A stretch of 64,000 nucleotides of DNA from Yuukianura sp. NJ FZ-2021 (Eukaryota), in NCBI GenBank assembly GCA_046563655.1, contig CM102288.1, forward strand, positions 434,001-498,000, read 5' to 3'. Shown here piece after piece: positions 60,878 through 64,000 of the stretch; position 1 is the stretch's first letter; every line of letters starts with the position of its first letter. Made by a program: the position numbers and the translations under genes. The notes under the pieces were generated by a model. The model saw nothing but the letters and a program-made list of their open reading frames with translations. It was not told the DNA's origin and did not search any database.

Positions 60878-62130
60878 ATGTTGCATATGAGGTTAGTCAA
60901 GGATTTCGTGATTGAAAAATGGCACGGAACATCACAAACACAAAGAATAGAAGACGAAGACAACATCCAAGGCAAAACGGTTGTGATCACTGGACCCACC
61001 AGTGGAGTTGGCAAGGCTGCTGCTCTGCAATTTGCAAAACGAGGAGCTATCGTTGTAATGGCATGTCGTGATACTCAAAAGGCCGAATATGCCATTCAAG
61101 AAATCAGACGGCAGTGCACAGACGCAGTACTGGTAAACTAACATTCTATAATTTTTGTTTACTGCTAACGAAAGGGAAACGTCATTAAAACGTAATTTGT
61201 GATGAATGTTTTCAGATACTAGTGGAATTGGATCTTGCCGACCTGTCTTCAGTTAGACGATGTGCTGAAGAGATTCGGGCCAAGTGTAAACAGATTCACA
61301 TTTTAGTTAACAATGCTGGATGTCTTTATACAACTCCACCGATTCGTACAACTAAGCATGGGTTTGAGGTACACATGGGTATTAATCATCTCGGCCACTT
61401 CCTGTTCACTAATCTATTGCTGGACATTATCAAAGATTCCGCGCCAAGCAGGTACGACGCCTGACCTTACGATTGACCTTTACGATAAGTCTGAACATTA
61501 TAATTTGAATGTTTCAGGATTGTTTTTGTTGGTTCTTCACTCTTCTTAACTGCCGAATTGGATTTGGATGATTTCATGCTGGCTAAGAGAGGATACTTTG
61601 GCATAAGAAACATCGGCCCGTACTCAAACTCCAAGCTCGCCATGTTGTATTATGCAACTGAACTAGCTAAAAAACTAAAAGACACCGCCGTCACTGTGTA
61701 CACAGTTTGTCCAGGTTGGTGTCAATTGATTAACAACCCTCAAATGAACCAAAGTTTTCTGATTTGTTAATCATCGTTTTTAAATTGTTCAGGTTATGTC
61801 AAAACAGATGCATTCCGAAACGAGAGCTGGTGTGATTCAGTTATTACTAAAACTGCGTTATGCATTGCGGGAGTAGAACCTGAACAGGTTAATTTAAAAA
61901 TACGTAGTTGATTCGATCAGTTTCTCAGTTTGTTGGTGTATTTGTGATTCATTAAGGCCATTGGAACCATCCTGTTCTGTTCAACTTCAAAAAAACTGGC
62001 AAATGAAACTGGAAAGATGTATCGCTTCAACTCGGCCTGGGACGAAGCGAACAAGCGCATAGCCGATTTCGATCCAAACATCGTCAGTCGCGTGTGGAGT
62101 ATGAGCGAGAAATTAACGGAATCCGGATAG
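60878..62130 (+). CDS. Short-chain dehydrogenase/reductase, retinol dehydrogenase 11-14-like (copy 1)
   Basis: TGPTSGVG Rossmann motif, LDLADLSSVR, LVNNAG, INHLGHFLFT, catalytic YSNSK. Five coding exons ending in TAG at 62130. Confidence 0.9.
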
Positions 62131-62438
62131 CATGGCCACCACCAATAATCCTAGAATAATAAGTATAACTACAATTTCCTCAAACTTGTGAAATCAATGT
62201 ACAACTAATTAGTTACTGACGATTATCATCGTCCCGATTCCATTTTTTAATTAAATTCAGTTACGAGATACCAGATTTAGTATTGCCAAGCTTTTGTTCG
62301 AGTTTGTCTATTTTTCTTTCGCTAAGATTGGAAAGGTCGCAGCGCTGCTGCGTAGCTGAAGTAATTCAATTAGCGTAGCTTGAATCCTTAATTGACAAAC
62401 TATTTAAGTACTAATTGAATTGTATTTTATTTTCAGTC

Positions 62439-63672
62439 ATGCCTGCAGTAGTGATACTGAGCATCGTCGTTGGAGCTGGAGCTGTGATCATTGGAATAAT
62501 TCGTCTGCGTAACATGAAATCATGGGGACAGCATAACACTGCACATGAAGTCAGCGTCCACAAGAAAACTGTGCTTATAACTGGAGCCACTTCTGGTCTT
62601 GGGAAGGAAGTTGCGTATCAGATGCTCAGACGGGGAGCCATCGTGGTCATTCCAGCCAGAACTTTGGACAGAGCACTGGAAGCTGTCGCTGATTTGATGA
62701 AAAAACCAGGAACATTGAACGGCACGATGGTAAGCATTCCAATCTTCCAGAATTTCAAACACTAAAACTAAAATCCACTTTTTTTAGGTTCCAATGGAAA
62801 TGGATCTTTGCTCGCTGCAATCAGTCAGAAACTTTGCAGAAGCATTCAAAGCTCAGTTTAATCGGTTGGACATTTTGATCAACAATGCTGGAGTGTTCAC
62901 TTGGTATGACAAGGACAAAGTTACCAAAGATGGATTCGAGTACAACTTGGGTGTCAACTACATTTCGCACTTCCTTCTCACCGATCTCCTTCTGGATACT
63001 TGCAAAGCCGCTGGAAAAGGAGGCGGATGCAGGTAAGTTATAAGTAATTCTGGAATTACTCAAAATCTGGAACTTTAAACATAATTTGAAATTCAATTTT
63101 TAGAATCGTCAATGTGTCGTCGTCACTCCATGAAAAAGGGCAGCTCCGACTGGACGATTTGAATTTGAGGAAACTGACAGCAGAGGAAGTGAGGACTGTG
63201 AAGCCCTACAACAATTCCAAGTTGGCCCAAGTTTACTTTTCAGAAGAACTGGCCAGACGCTTGAGCAATACAAATGCTGGAGGAGTACACACATACTGTC
63301 TCTGCCCAGGATGGGTGTACACCAATTTAGCAAGAGATGTTGGTGTTAAATGGTATCAATACGTTCTTGTTCTTCCCGTCGCAGCAGTATTCATGAGAAC
63401 ACCAGTTCAAGTATGAATTTACTAAATTCAATTTCCTGAACCATTTGAAATATTACAAAAACTGGAAAAATTGCATTTTTTTGTCACTTGATTTGCAGGG
63501 ATCTCAGACAATTCTGCACTGTGCTTTATCCAAGCAATGCGAAACTGAAACTGGAAAATTGTACAGAAATTGTGGAGTTTGGAGTTCGAAAGCTTGTCCG
63601 ATTCCTGAATCAGATGCAAAACTGCTGTGGGACAAAACGACTGAAATGATTGGCTCGGTCAAAACGTCGTAA
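62439..63672 (+). CDS. Short-chain dehydrogenase/reductase, retinol dehydrogenase 11-14-like (copy 2, N-terminal membrane anchor)
   Basis: N-terminal hydrophobic anchor, TGATSGLG, LINNAG, VNYISHFLLT, catalytic YNNSK. Four coding exons. Confidence 0.9.
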
Positions 63673-64000
63673 AACGATCTTAGTAAAGTTTTTAACAAAT
63701 TGAAACTAGTAATTGAAAAGTAAATTTTTTTGTTGTAAAGACTAAATAACCCTGATTTATTGAGACCATTTCTTTCCTCTTCAGTAAAAGTGTACTAGAC
63801 GGAATCATAATTATAAAAATGTGTGTTATTTCTTTGCGTGTTCCAGGATTAATTCAACGTTCCAGTTTAGTCTGATACTTTACTACTAAAAAGTATTTCT
63901 AGCGCCAGCAAATTGTCTAATTTTCCTTGCAATTCATAACAACAAGGTAACAATAGGCCAATTGTCTTTCTATAAAAGTGTGAATCAATCACTCCATTTC

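Overview
Eukaryotic, arthropod-like genomic DNA. The ~60-90 nt GT-AG introns and gene content fit a compact hexapod genome such as a springtail, but the taxon is inference. Bases ~1.5-42 kb are dominated by a large + strand Rbfox1/A2bp1 RNA-binding protein gene, which I reconstructed exon by exon (RRM, Ala-rich region, C-terminal RFAPY). Its regulatory architecture is unusually readable: a TGCATG site overlapping the donor of the conserved 93-nt RRM exon, a same-phase mutually exclusive exon pair with a candidate docking-site/selector RNA pairing, an 18/19-bp long-range duplex bracketing a 24-nt microexon, a frame-switching penultimate exon controlling the NLS, and two miR-22/980 seed sites in the 3' UTR. 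Upstream of its coding exons lie an antisense secreted protein with four 4-Cys ShKT-like domains and charged helices, a 33-bp palindromic minisatellite and degenerate repeats. From 42 kb a gene-dense block follows: an orphan single-pass membrane gene head-to-head with IQCA1/DRC11 (shared X-box plus forkhead motif), GPR143, ecdysoneless, CSN4, a 58-bp-TIR MITE, an orphan Cys-rich secreted protein, xylosyltransferase oxt (TTAA-flanked insertion in one intron) and two tandem RDH-like SDR genes. I found no CRISPR array, rRNA or intact tRNA. All calls were made by eye, without database searches.
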